This document shows positions 21,701-34,700 of a stretch of DNA of 64,000 nt, in pieces. The notes below the pieces were generated by a model. That model had not been told where the DNA came from and ran no database searches. It was given only the letters and a program-made list of their open reading frames with translations. Position 1 is the first letter of the stretch. The number at the start of each line of letters is the position of its first letter. The position numbers and the translations under genes were made by a program. Source of the stretch: Bacteroidia bacterium (GTDB lineage: Bacteria; Bacteroidota; Bacteroidia; M30B66); contig OZ257142.1 of assembly GCA_965279035.1 (NCBI GenBank), positions 2,688,001 through 2,752,000 on the forward strand, in the 5' to 3' direction.

Positions 21701-22156
21701 GTCATTAATAATGATCCTACTCTAAGCGTTGTTCAAAATATGCAATTTTATCAATGGATTGATTGTATAACAAATGAACCAGTTATGGGAGCTTCGATGC
21801 AAGTATTTACACCTGAAATTAATGGTATTTATAAAGTGCTTGTATTAACAGAAAATGGATGCATTAAAACATCTGATTGTTTTGCCATTGGTTTTGTTGG
21901 AATTAATCCTATAAATGATATTCATTTTAAATTATACCCTAATCCAGCATTTGATCAATTAACACTAATACATCCTGAAATGGATGGAACTATTTACTTA
22001 TGTGATTTAACAGGTAGAATTATTTCGGAATTAACATTATCAAAAACGAATTCAACACTCATTAATACCACAAATCTATCATCGGGAAATTACTTATTGA
22101 AAGTAAAATCAACGAGCATCGAATCGAAAACACTTAGATTCAGTGTAATTAAATGA
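18707..22156 (+). CDS. Secreted leucine-rich-repeat protein with DUF7619-like domain, GCDS repeats and T9SS type-A CTD (paralog 1)
   Basis: Signal peptide, ~17 LRRs of mostly 20 aa (NxLTxLPxLPxxLxxLxC), SFDPNYK..YTIHFQNTG..IYFDFN, three GCDS repeats, LYPNPA..GNYLLKV CTD. Alternative GTG start at 18701. Confidence 0.9.
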   Translation: MKKFQLFILSYLFLFFYSTSCIAQTVTVTSGFAAWLQGNGYAGCLSGNVLDGSCPIVINTTKINCSSYNIQSLDGIELFIHLDTLIASGCQLNYINSLPYTLTRLDLSSNSITSINSFSYNLKYLNISNNDLTALPQLPSNLKQLDCHSNQLTSIPSLPSGLIELNASYNSLTDIGTLSDSIQIAYINNNQITSLPNLSNTLEYMYCDYNSLTTIPEIGNNMIKFYCSNNVINSLPVLSNASSLIEFNCASNLLTSLSALPNSLIKLYCNDNQLISLPSLPMSLQRLECSQNDITALPNLANLKYLYCSQNPLYSGLPTLPNTLLELDCQEDSLSTLPTLPINIQNLNCSNNNLTSLPQLPVSLYVLNCSFNQITNLPSIPTLLFKLNCSHNELTNLPNLPSELSQILINDNPNIMCLPAIEKFNGNSYNFSITNTGIHCLPNYIQHYYSLPSIDTLPLCGIFSNPAGCEIAWNIAGRIYIDENSNCLFDSVEFNINQIKMQLALGSTVVQQVYSNTAGFYSFNSDLNEYEIKIDTTGLPFNVVCPNSNSYVTNLFGIDTLDFNGNFALECKPGYDLTTRYISHTSGMFFPTNTATVVFSAGDLAQYYGVNCNTIGVAGTIKAWFSGPQSFTYIPSGWTQNNDTLTLSLNDISQLNLEQGFTLSFLTDTFPPAGSQFCLTVEIQANGIDNNPFNDTTMHCFDVINSFDPNYKEVYPSYSELPGEWHTYTIHFQNTGTAAAQNILLKDTLDVNLNWASFEKLASSHSVFTQVLENGIVHFNFPQINLPDSTSNEPESHGWVQYRIKTNQNLTTATTIHNKAAIYFDFNSPVITNDAQIKFCTPSQQNNTILFCQGDSVLIGNSWHKEEGVYSYQYSSISGCDSTINTILQFRSTSGNIVNIALCQGESITYDGIVYDTDGNYERNYTSAFGCDSLVTISIHTNTDTSSTENFIFCEGDNIYVHGHYYFNPTSFITNFTSSSGCDSVVTTIIEELPVEFTVINNDPTLSVVQNMQFYQWIDCITNEPVMGASMQVFTPEINGIYKVLVLTENGCIKTSDCFAIGFVGINPINDIHFKLYPNPAFDQLTLIHPEMDGTIYLCDLTGRIISELTLSKTNSTLINTTNLSSGNYLLKVKSTSIESKTLRFSVIK

Positions 22157-22808
22157 TTTAAATCTCATGTAGAGTTATCGACTAAGGATGAGTTTTTGGA
22201 TGTAGTTTAACTCATCGTTTTGAATGGTAATAAAATAAATTCCATCTGAAATTGAATTAGGAATGCTCATAGGCAAGGAGAATATTCCAGAATTCAAATA
22301 GACTTGTTGTGTTTGGATTAATCTACCATCAATACCTAAAAGCGATATAGTTGTAGATTTAGAAAAAGAAGAATGATAATTTCCTGAAATCAGAAAATCA
22401 CCTTGACTAGGATTTGGGAATAGTTTAATAAATTCATTCTCTGGAGTATCTAAATGATCTATCAGATCCAGTGTGAGAGAATTACTTAAAAAAGATGTAA
22501 ATTCTAAACAATTCACATCACATTGAAATTCTAATCTGATGATATCTCCAATTTGAGGGTTATGCTCTAAATAATAGTTTTCATTTCCTACAATAATCCC
22601 ATTTTTCATCCAATATAACTGAGGATTTAATCCAGGATTTGTAATAGAAGACGTAAATAAAATTTCATCTCCTACATTGACTGTTGTATTCGGTATTGCT
22701 TGAATTGAAACAGTAGGAATTAGAGTTGGCAAAACATGCATATTAATAGTATTCGAGATCGTACTGCTTTGACTCACGCATTGCTCATTATTAATTAATC
22801 TACAGCTT

Positions 22809-24179
22809 CACACCCGTCCAAGACGTTTGTATAACGAAAATACAATCCTGATTTGATGCGAGATTACTCATCAAAGAACGCTCTTTTGAAAATTAAACCC
22901 TCTATAATTTAAAAAAGGGACATTTGTAATTCCAGTTTATCAATTTCGTCATCATCTAAAAAGGGTTTATCAAGCCATTTTTTGAGGTCAATTTTCACAA
23001 AGAGATTTAATCGAATAAAGGACACCAAATTTGAGAGGTGCCAAGAGTGTTTTGCTTCCTTTTGAAGTGTCTTTAAAAGCAGTATGGTGATTAGTGCTGT
23101 CCAAATCTGTATCAGAACAGCATTCATGCTGGTTCCTATGAAAGACTTGATTTTCAGGTGTGTTTTGATCTCCTTGAAGAACGATTCGATGCTCCATCTA
23201 CGTTTATATAGTTCTGAAATGGTCGATGCTGTCCAAGAAAAATTGTTTGTAAGAAGTTCAAGATATATCTGTTGTTCTTCATCCCAGATCTGAACCATTC
23301 GGAGCTTTTGCGGGTATTTTTCTTTTGATTGAGGTAAACTCAAAAAGCCTTTCCAGTCGTATTGCAAGTCTGGATTTGCTTCATCGGTTGGGCTCTTAGT
23401 TCGCTCATAAAGTTCAAACTGAATGTTTTCTTTTCCTCGAATAACAAAGAATACTCCTTGTTCATCTAATTTTCTCATCCAGTTAAAATCGACATATCCT
23501 CTATCAGCTACAACAATGCTTCCTGTGGGAAATTCAATATCATGTGCTGCATTTACATCGTGCTTTTTGCCATCACTCAAATCAGCAAAAACGGGCATAC
23601 AGCCGTCAAAGTCAAGGACTGTGTGAAGTTTTATAGCTCCCTTCTTCTTTCGAAATAGTGCCCAGTCGAACACTTTAAGACAAAGGTCAATCGTGGTTGA
23701 ATCGAGCAGATAGATTTTACGTTTGGGAAGCAGCTTTCGGCTTGTTTTTAAGGTTGATTCAAACTGCTCATACAAGTTAAAATACATCGCTTGAAACAGC
23801 TCCCAGTTGCGATGTTGGTTATTATATGCCAACGATGATCGCCTCATGGCTTTTGACACTCCCAGATGATTTAAATCGCCTGTTGCTGATCGCATTCCAT
23901 TGCAAACGTCATTTAAGCTATTAGACTTGGAAAACTGGCAAAAAACCATTGTCACAAAGTGAGACCAAGCATCATTGCCTTTACAATGTTTATTGGACTC
24001 AAACTTTTCTACTAGTTTATTGAAAGAATCTCGCTTAATTTTTTGGAATATCTGAGCAAATAATGTGATCTTCATGCCGGAGTTGGTTTATGTTTTTGTG
24101 TCGTAACTCAAACATACCGGATTTAATCCGGACCAACTCTATTTTTTTACCCTATTTTAAAACGTCTTGGACGGGTGTG
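22809..24179 (-). mobile_element. IS4-family insertion sequence, copy 2
   Basis: Same 20-bp TIRs, 1,371 bp. TSD CTACAGCTT at 22800-22808 and 24180-24188. Confidence 0.96.
22909..24075 (-). CDS. IS4-family DDE transposase
   Basis: 388 aa, identical to 5256-6422. Confidence 0.95.
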   Translation of the reverse strand: MKITLFAQIFQKIKRDSFNKLVEKFESNKHCKGNDAWSHFVTMVFCQFSKSNSLNDVCNGMRSATGDLNHLGVSKAMRRSSLAYNNQHRNWELFQAMYFNLYEQFESTLKTSRKLLPKRKIYLLDSTTIDLCLKVFDWALFRKKKGAIKLHTVLDFDGCMPVFADLSDGKKHDVNAAHDIEFPTGSIVVADRGYVDFNWMRKLDEQGVFFVIRGKENIQFELYERTKSPTDEANPDLQYDWKGFLSLPQSKEKYPQKLRMVQIWDEEQQIYLELLTNNFSWTASTISELYKRRWSIESFFKEIKTHLKIKSFIGTSMNAVLIQIWTALITILLLKTLQKEAKHSWHLSNLVSFIRLNLFVKIDLKKWLDKPFLDDDEIDKLELQMSLF

Positions 24180-27100
24180 CTACAGCTTATAATATTTCCA
24201 TTTTGAATTGAATTCGAACTATAAAAAGGAGTAGTACTAGTAGATAATAGAACATTGTTTCGATACCATGAAAATTGAGGGGCTGGACCACCGTTTAAAT
24301 ATTGAGCAGTATAGGTTACTGAATCGCCAGGGCAGATATAATCATCATCAGATGTAATTGTAATTTCTGGTATTACAGTGTGTTTTTTTATGATTGTATA
24401 AGTATTACTTGTATCAAAAGGAGTTGTTGTACATGTATTACTTGAAATTACTGAACAAAATAACAAAGTAGAATCCTCAGTAATTGTTAAACTATATGTA
24501 TTGCCAATATTTACCAATGTTCCGTTCTCAAACCATTGAATTTCTGGTGTAGTTCCTAAATTACTGCCATTTGAATGAAATGTTTTGGTTTCATTCTCAC
24601 AATAAACAGTTGTAGAGCCTAAATTATAAATTGAAATACTGGGTGTTACTTTATTTATGAGATCCATAGTAAGAGAATTACTTAAGACGGATTCATCTAT
24701 TGAACAAGCATTTGTATTCATTGAATAACATCTGATTATATCATTATCTAACAAAGCAGAGCTTGAAAATGAATTTGTACCTGATGCAATTAAAATTCCA
24801 TTCCTATACCAGTTAAGTGAAGCATCATTACTCAAATTTGTAGTAATAGCTGCAAAATTAATCTCTGTTCCAGAACAAACTGGTTCGGTATTGGAAGTTG
24901 AAATGTTTATGTTACCTGGTTGTAAATAGTTATGAATACGAAATGGAATAATCTCACTAAATAATGAGTCATTTGAATTTGAAATTCTACAACGAAAAAA
25001 TGATGAATCCAAAGCAATAGTTGGATTTGTCAAGAACAATTCAGCCTCTGAAACACCCATAAAAACTGAATCTTCTTGAAGATCTATCCAAGAATTACCA
25101 ATCAATTGTTGCCATTGATAATTGAATGATGCATAGTAACCTGTTTCTACTGAAAATAAAGCATTTTCTCCTAAACAAATAGTTACATCAGAAGTTTGAT
25201 TGAGTATATATGGATAATCTATTGTTTCACCAAGTTGATATGTTCCATATAGATTTGAAACATTTGAAATGGTCATTTGTCCAACTTGAGGCGATTCTGA
25301 ACCAACATGAATCCAATCGTTATTCACTTTCTTTAAGGCAACAAAATTCAAGGGATTAGAGGACGCATCTATAGCATTTGAAGGCCAATAAATATTTAAA
25401 TCTAATTGATCTGATTGACCAAACATGCTCATTTGTTCGAATGTTGCTGTGTAATTCAGAGTCTTTGTAGAGTCCATTCCACTTTGAGCAATGAGCGGGT
25501 CATCTCCTTCATGAAGACTTAATTTAAAACTTCTTATTGTATAATTAGGATCATACAATGTAATATTAAAATAATCGGTTAATGTCCCAATTGGAATACT
25601 TACAAAATTATTATTAGAATACGGCATTTTATATTTACCAATCAACCAACCATTTCCATTGACAATATATGAAGCGGAATAATAATATATATTACATAGT
25701 ATATTACATGTCAATGTATTGTATCCAATATTTAATTTCCCTTTATATAAAACAACTTTTTCATTTACAATGATATCACCGATATCGAAAATAACACCTT
25801 CATAAGAAGAGTTCATTATTGAAATTGAATTAAAGCCTCTAGTTGAAGATGGATAAGAATTATTCAAATAATTTCCATCACCTGTAACATATTGAGGTAC
25901 AGTAACATTTTCCAAAAGTCCTAAATCATTTGTTTTGTAAAAATATAAGTCAGTATCAACAAATGAAGCCCCTTCATTCACCAATAGATTTCCGCCTAAA
26001 GATAACCAACCCTGAAAGTAGGCTTCATAATTATTCATGGTAAAATCCCCATTTATTCTAAGATCGGTCATTACTTTTCGGTTAACTACAGAAGGAGTAC
26101 CATTAATTATAACATGATTGAATATGATATAGTTATCCAAATAACTATTATTAGATACATTATAACTGTTAATTAAAGAAAAATTAAAACTACGATTTGA
26201 AGTACTCGTAGAAAAGCCATCTCCAATGATAAAGGTATGATCAGAGCCAGCGTTGGGAATTCTTGAACTAAAATTTGAAAGTGTGGGTTTTAAATCAAGT
26301 TTAATATCGTTTGAATAAAAACAAGGATCTATCAGTTTTAAAGTACCCGAATTTAATTCAAATTCAATAGTCGAAATCGTTAAAACTGCTTGGGATGATA
26401 CACTAGATTCAAGAACATTTCCTGCATTACCATCAATACTAATTTCTCCTCCGTTTTGATGAAAAGAAGAGTGGAATTTTGTATCAATATAACCATTAAC
26501 GGTAATTCCACCTGAATCAATAATGAAATTTCCGTAATTCACAAAAGGTGATTTTCCTCCTCCTTCTGGACCAAGAAGAATATTTCCTCCAGATATGTTG
26601 AATGTACCATTCGATAGAATTTTATCCGAAATAGTTAACATACCCTGATTAATTTGAATAGTCCCACCATTACTTACATTCAGTATTTTACAAGCACTAT
26701 TTTGATTAATATCAACGGTTGTGCCTCCTGAAATCAAAACAAAATCATCATAATTGGGCACAAGGCCTTGGTTCCAAGTTGTTCCATCTTCCCAATTTCC
26801 ATTTTGTACAGAATAAATGATATGAGATAAGCTATCCGAAGAACCTATTGAAAATCCACTAGGAGTTAAATCATTCATGGATAATTGAGAACGAATGCCA
26901 ACATAGTTAAGATCATCTTGAAGTCCTTGAACATGAGCCCCAGCTATAGTATCTCCATGAATAATATGAATTGAGTAAGCTGACAGGGAATTAAATAGCT
27001 CAGTTGTTGATAATTTAATATTTAATGTAGAATCATTAAATTGAATTCCATTTCCAGTTTCAAAAATCCAATTACGATTAATACGTTGTTGAATATGAAC

Positions 27101-30100
27101 TCCATTGTCGATAATTGAAATTTGATTTTCATTCAATCCAACAGTACCGAGAAAAGATAATTGAATAGTCCCTGAATGAACTAAACTTGTGCTTGCGTTA
27201 AACCAGATAGATGAGGTATTATCCATTCCATCAATTAATACAGGAAATGTGCTCCACTGGAAATTAGTCGAAGAAATTGGAATACTGCCTACCTTATACC
27301 ATTTTGTAATGGAACCGGTAGTTAAAACAACAAAATGATTTTGACTATTTTCATTGTAATTTATTATTCCAGTAACTGTTGAATCTCCCAAACTAATGGA
27401 ATGTTCATTCACAATTAGATTACCACTTTTTAAATACAACGATTTTAATTGAACATCAAATGGGAGAGAAATAGAATTTTGTTCACCAACATCTATGACT
27501 AAGTTAATTTGCATAGTATTCAAGGGTAATAAATCGGTTGAAATGATATTATTAATAATTGAATCGATAACCAACGTTGATGAATTAGCATACGTAAGCT
27601 CCAAGTTTGAAATGAATGGTTGTGGAGCATATGTAGCAATTGTTAATTTGCTAAGATTATTTATTTCAAATAATCCATTTTGATTATTTATTAAGCTAAC
27701 CTGAATACCTTGAGGATTACGAATAATATAATTAAATCCCCCTAATGGCTGAGAATTAAAAATGAGAGATTGTTGAATGTCCTGTCTTTTAAATTCCAAA
27801 CCAAATGAATTCGTGGAATTATATATTCCTGTACTACAAGTCCCGCCAACTTGGATAAAATTACCAGAAATCGACATCCCAAAAAAATTATGACTAAATT
27901 GACTATCATAAGTAAATAATACATTTCCCCCCGTTTGATAATAATTATTAATTTTATATCCATTAGAATATGGAATTAATTTTAAGTTAGCAGTACCTGA
28001 AGAAATAACTATGAGAGAATCAGTAATTTCAGGTATTCCATATAGTTGAATTTCATTTTCTTGCAAAGGGCAATCAATAATTAATTTCCTAATTTTTGAA
28101 AATTGACTTGTTAAACTAAAAACTGTAGAAGCTATTTTTCCGGAAAAAATTACTGTTGAACTATCCCCAAAAAAAGCTTGTGGCATTGAATTATATTGAG
28201 GAAATTGCAATTCAAGAGTCCCATAAACAAACAAACATGATGAAGTGCTTGTGATATTTTCCTCATTTATATTAATTAATTTACCAGAACTTGTAACAGT
28301 AGTTTTGCTATTATAAGCTACAAATTTATTGGTTACAATTTCAGATTTAACAGCAAGAATTCCAGAAATTTCATTCTTACCAAATCCAAATTTCATTTGG
28401 AAATTTTTTTCCATTCCTTCCAGATGCAAACTTGAACCTGCTTCAATGGTAAGTTGAGTACTATCAATAGCTGAATTAAAGTCGATTAGATAATTTACAG
28501 TCGATTCTGTACTTAAATTGGATGCTTGAAAATAAACGTTGGAGTTATTGATAATACTAAATTTAGCTACAATTTCAGATGGAACATTCGATAAAGTATC
28601 TGTCTGCCCAGTAGATATTTCAATCCAATCAAAAGGGGATGGATGAATTCGACTTGGCGACCAATTTCCTGCAACTTGATAATCTTGATTGATTGCTCCA
28701 GTCCAATGATACATTGCAGTATGATTATCTCCACCTGTCAAATCAAATGAATTCAGTGGGTTATCGGAAATTAAAAGTGTATCCGTTTGCAAATAGCAAT
28801 TACCATAAACATATTCAACATTGTTCCAAACATTCCCATTCCAAAATTTGGGTTGATAATAACAAATTCCATCATCCGCATCTCCTTGTTGAAAGTATGC
28901 TTTAATCGCATAGATCATTGGAGCATCGATTCCAGTATCTTCAAAACTCCAATATCGGTGAAGAGAATTTGTAAAATTTGAATTTGGATGAACCATTGCA
29001 TTCACTCCAACTCTAATTGTTCTTTCGACAGAATTATCTCCATAAAAAAATTCTAAATCAGAACCAACAGGAACGTCATTCGGATTAATGGTACCAATTG
29101 GGAATCGGGCTGTTGTGATAGAATCGGGATATAATGTGTAATTAAATTTTCCGTTTCCATTGATAGCAACCATTCGTTGAGAAATGCCTGTTGTGGTCGA
29201 ATAATTCGACAAAACACAATTTCTAATTATTAAATCATAATCATTTAATAGTAGTATTCCATGTTTTAGATCGAGTGTATGAATGCTTCTCTCCCCGGGA
29301 ATTTGAATTCTATTAGTAGTCCCAGCTCCAGTTAAATCTATTTTTAAGGCAATTGGTCCATTGGAATCTGGCCATTCAATTGAAGTTGCTAAAACTTCAT
29401 CATTACCTGAATAAATTAGCGAAGAATTCGATTGGTTATATTGAAATCGACCGGGTCCATCAAAATGTCCTTTTGAAATAGTAACCCGAGACGCAGAATC
29501 TAAAGCTAAAATATTATTTAAAGTTGCTCCCTCTGAATTATTTAAAACGATACTAACAGAACCTGAAATAGAACCATTCATTGTAAATTCTTGATGAATA
29601 GTTCCTTCAAAAATAATTCCAGCGTATTTTATTGAATTAATTGTAACACTTGGTGATTGAATGATATTTCCCTTAACATGCAATACATTGGGAACGTTTG
29701 AACTAATACTTGATTCCGTTTTCAACGTAAACTGACCATTATTTAAAATCAGATTTCCGTTTATAACTAATGAGCTACAATAATAAGTAACAATAAAATT
29801 TGCATTATCTTGAATAAAATCACCCAAGACAATTGTAGTTGAAACTGTAGAATTGCTAGAACCATTACTTAACCATTTCCCATTCGTGTTTACGACATGA
29901 TAGTCGTTTAGAACTGTATCTATAGCATCACGCAAATAAGCCGTTTGAATTGATTGATTCGGGCAATCATAAATAAAATTCCCCAAAGTACTTCCTGAAG
30001 GTATAGATACCGATTCACTTGTAACACCAATTATTTTAACTGTAGAATGACTTTTATAATTAGCTAATGGAATACCACCACCATTGCGTGCATGTAAATA

Positions 30101-31649
30101 CAAACTACCATATTCAAAAACCAAATTGGATTTATTCCCTGTATTTACAATAGCTGTATAAGGTCCTGACTGTTTAATTACACCATAAATAATAGAATGG
30201 GAATAGGAAACATCAAAATAAGAAGATTCGGTTAGTTCAAGTTGACCTTTAATTACTGACTCAACTGTTTGAGTATCATTAAATTTAATTCCCCCAGAAG
30301 TAGTAAATGTTAAAACTAGATTCGAATTATTTTCAATACATAATTTTTTATCAATAGTCAAGTAAGTATTCGTTCCATTAAATGTATACACTCCATTACC
30401 TGTTATTTGTAATACATCAATTTCTTGATTAGGTATATTGGTCACGTTGACATTTCCACCTTGGAAAATAAGTGTGTCGTTAGGGCGGGGTGTTATTCGA
30501 GAGGGAAACCAATTACTTTCTACTTGGAAATCGGCAGAACCAGAGCTAGGCAGAAATGTATAACTCTGAGAACTTAAGGTTTTAAATCTTCCTGTTAATG
30601 GATTGACAACATTGTATAAAGGCCCATTATTACAACCAATATCATTGTATTCGAATATCGCATATCGAAACCAAGTATTTTCAGTTAAATAGGAATCATA
30701 TGTGCTATTTAGATTTCCTGAATAAATTACTTTACCATTTCCTATTAAATTCCCATAGGAATAGATTATACCATTATGAGGTAATGAATCTAATTCAATA
30801 TCTGGTGTTTGAACAACTAAGCATTTTTTGTTATTTCCAGTTTGATAGGCTAAAGCAAGGGAAGTATAATTAGATGTTGCAGTTAAATTTGTTGGTTGGG
30901 TTGTTGGAGGATCGCATGGTACTAATACTGGTGGCAAGTATTTAAATGTCAATCCTGATGAGGGGTCATTCCCTGGAGTATAGTTTATTCGATCTGTACA
31001 ATTACTACTTGATGTTGTTGAACTCCAATTTCCGCTGGAGCTTTTTCGTGATAAAAAATTGGTATTAGTTTGGAAACGGATTCCTACCTCCGTTGAAATT
31101 GAGGTAGTTGAATGACATTGATTATAGCTGAATTTAATTTCATTTGTAGTTTCAAACAACTTTACTTGAAATGTTAATCGTGTTGAATCTGAATGATTGG
31201 CATCCATGTTTCGCCACTCAATAGTTACAACTCGAGAAGGTGAAGCCCCGGTTGCTAAATAGCGAATTTCAGATTCTGCTACTCCATTTAAATCCGCTGA
31301 AAAAGGACAAATACATGTTACATTACTGGATGTACTTGCTATAGGATATTGATTTATAGAAGCTGTTGATCCCAGGACAAGAAAACCGTTGACATTTACA
31401 CTCAAACTAGTGTATGAATTAGGCCCTAGATTGAATGTGAAAGGAAGATATTGAGTATAATACTGATTCTCCATATTACTACCCGATGCAACAACATTAC
31501 CTCCCAATATTCCAATATAATTATTGATAGATTGGTCAAATGTGTATTCATTTACAATTTGGGCATGAATGCGAATATTAAAGAGAATACTTATTAGTAT
31601 TAGTTTGATACCTATTCTCATACATTACATATTTATACGATTTATTAAG

Positions 31650-31657
31650 GCAATATA
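31650..31657 (-). promoter_or_regulatory. Candidate -7 promoter element of giant-protein paralog 1
   Basis: Minus strand TATATTGC, 28 nt before the ATG. The same octamer lies upstream of paralog 2 (43868-43875). Resembles TAnnTTTG. Confidence 0.4.
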
Positions 31658-31746
31658 ATAATTCTAACTTGTTATTTAATAAAATTTTCAGATATTTAAC
31701 ATCATAACACATCCCAACTGGGCCAAGAACATATAATTAACTGAAT

Positions 31747-34700
31747 ATGAATAAAATACTACTATCACTCATCGTATTATTGACCATACTTTTTGTTCCT
31801 ACTAAAAGTAATGCTCAACTAGTTTCAGTTTCAAATGGTTTTGCAACATGGCTTCAAGGAAATGGATATGCCGGATGTTTAAGTGGGAATATGTTAGATG
31901 GTTCTTGTCCATTAGTGATCAATGCAACTAAAATAAATTGTAGCTATGCGAATATTCAAGATTTAAGTGGTTTAGAAGTTTTTCAAAATTTAGATACCTT
32001 GATAGCTAATTATTCTGGATTAACTACTATTTCCTATTTACCTAATACATTAACATACTTAGAATTGGAATACAATTCCATCAATACTATTAGCTCATTT
32101 CCAAATTCATTGCTTCTCATAGGAATTCAATATAATCAATTAGAAAGTATTCCTAGTTTACCAACCATGCTAAAATATTTCGATTGCAGTTACAATCACC
32201 TTACAGCTCTTCCTTCTTTACCCAATAGTATAACACAATTAGATGCAAGCTATAATTCCATTTCAACAATCTATTCATTACCTGATTCAGCTCTTGGTAT
32301 TAATTTATCAAATAATCAATTTCAATCTATACCAACCTTACCTCAAAATTTAATTAATTTAGATGTTTCAAGTAATTCTCTCAACAGTTTACCTCAATTG
32401 AATAATTTACCTCAATTGAATAAAGTTGTTTGCTCTAATAATGTATTAACAAATATTCCAATACTCCCAAATACACTTACAGAATTATATTGTGATTTCA
32501 ATTCAATTACATCATTACCAACACTTTCACAAAATTTAATATCGCTAGAATGTAACAATAATTATCTTACCTATTTACCTTCATTAGAAAATTTACAATA
32601 CTTAGTTTGTTCTAATAACAATCTTTCCAATGGTTTGCCTACTTTACCATCAACATTAAAAAGTTTATTATGTGAAAATGATTCACTACATACTCTTCCA
32701 GCTTTAAATTCTAATTTACAAGTACTTTATTGTTCGAATAATTTACTTGATTCTATTCCAACTATCTATAACCAACTATATGATTTGAGGTGCATGCATA
32801 ATCAACTAACTACTCTTCCTAATTTACCAACTAATTTAAAGTACCTAGATTGTAGTTTTAATAATATCAATAATTTACCCAATTTACCACAGAACTTATA
32901 TCTATTTTTAATTAGAAACAACCCCAATATAATGTGTCTCCCAGCGATTGAAAAATTCATTGGGTATGGGCCTTTTTCGATAGAAAATACAGGAATTATT
33001 TGTTTACCTAATTATATTGAACATTCATATTCTATTCCTTCTATTGATACTTTGCCATTATGTGGGATTTTTAGTAATCCCAATGGTTGTGAAATAGCAT
33101 GGAATGTTGCTGGTCAAATCCATAGAGACGATAATTCGGATTGTGTCAGACAAACTAGTGAACCTGCAATTGAACAAGTAAAAGTCCAATTAATATTAGC
33201 TGGAGTTGTTGTACAACAAGTTTATTCAAACTTTGCTGGATTTTATTCCTTTAATACCGATTTAAATGAATATGAAATTAAGATTGACACAACAAACCTT
33301 CCATTCGATATAATTTGTCCAAATACGAACTCATATATTTTCAATCCATTTGGCCCTGATACGCTTGACTTTAGTTCAAATTTTGCTTTACAGTGTAAGC
33401 CTGGATTTGATTTAACTTCACGTTACATTGTACATTACAATGGTTTGTTTTTCCCTAATCAAGTTGCTAATGTTTATTTTAGTGCAGGAGATCTTGCACA
33501 ATATTATGGCGTTAATTGTAATACTGAAGGATTGGCAGGAACAATAAAGGCTTGGTTTAGTGGTCCAGAATCATTTAATACAATACCTCAAGGTTGGACA
33601 CTTAATAATGATACACTTAGTTTAGCTTTAAATGATATTAGCCAACTAAATATTGAAGATCATTATCATTTATCATTTTTAACCGATACATTTCCTCCTG
33701 CAGGTTCTCAATTTTGTTTAACTATCAATATTCAAGCAAATGGGATTGATAATAATCCTATAAATAATACAATTACTCATTGTTTTGACGTAATTAATTC
33801 GTTCGATCCTAATTTCAAAGAAGTATATCCATCGACAGTTGAAGAAGCAGGATTATGGCATACTTATACCATTCATTTTCAAAATACGGGAACTGCACCA
33901 GCAATCAACATCTTATTAAAAGATACACTCGATTCACAACTCAATTGGGCTTCATTTGAAAAATTAGGATCTAGTCATACCTTATTTACTCAGGTGCTTG
34001 AAAATGGCATTGTTCATTTCAATTTTCCTAATATTTTCCTAGCCGACTCTACGAGCAATGAACCCGAAAGCCATGGTTGGGTGCAATACCGCATTAAAAC
34101 TAAAGATGATCTGAGCGGTGTTCAAACAATACACAATAAAGCATCTATCTATTTTGATTTTAATGAGCCAGTTGTAACCAACGATGCAATCATACGCCTA
34201 TGCTCGCCTACACAGCTCTACCAGAACATTTTGTTATGTCATGGAGATTCATTAAAGGTTGGAAATACTTGGTTTATAAATGAAGGAGAATATTCAACAG
34301 CAATGAGTTCAATTTATGGTTGCGATTCAACAGTAAATACAACTTTACAATTCCGGTCTATTATTGAAAATGCTTATACACAACAAATTTGTCAAGGAGA
34401 AAGTATCATCATTGACGGCATTACCTATGATTCAGCAGGTGTTTTCTCAAGAATCTATTCCTCTGTGCATGGATGTGATTCAACTGTCACTATGACTCTT
34501 ATTTTGGGTCAACCTGCTACTTCCACCCAGCATTACACTTTATGCGAAGGCGATACCTTGATTTTGAATAATCAAACTTTTACAAGTGCCGATAATTTCA
34601 CAACCACGTATAATTCAAGTTTTGGATGTGATTCGATTGTTACCACCGACATTACTTTACTTCCTGTGGATTTTGATGTGTATGTAAATGATCCTGTTCT

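Larger units (their letters stand above)
22175..31621 (-). pseudogene. Giant T9SS-secreted surface protein (paralog 1) interrupted near its 3' end by an IS4 copy
   Basis: Removing 22809-24179 plus one TSD joins ...NGNIISC|RLINNEQCVSQS... into one 2,688-aa frame ending in the LFPNPSQG..DGIYFI CTD. Colinear with 35890-43851. Confidence 0.9.

Noticed and set aside
5152-24179. IS-mediated inversion between inverted copies 1 and 2
   Set aside because: TSDs and the interrupted reading frames match across each copy, so no inversion has occurred.
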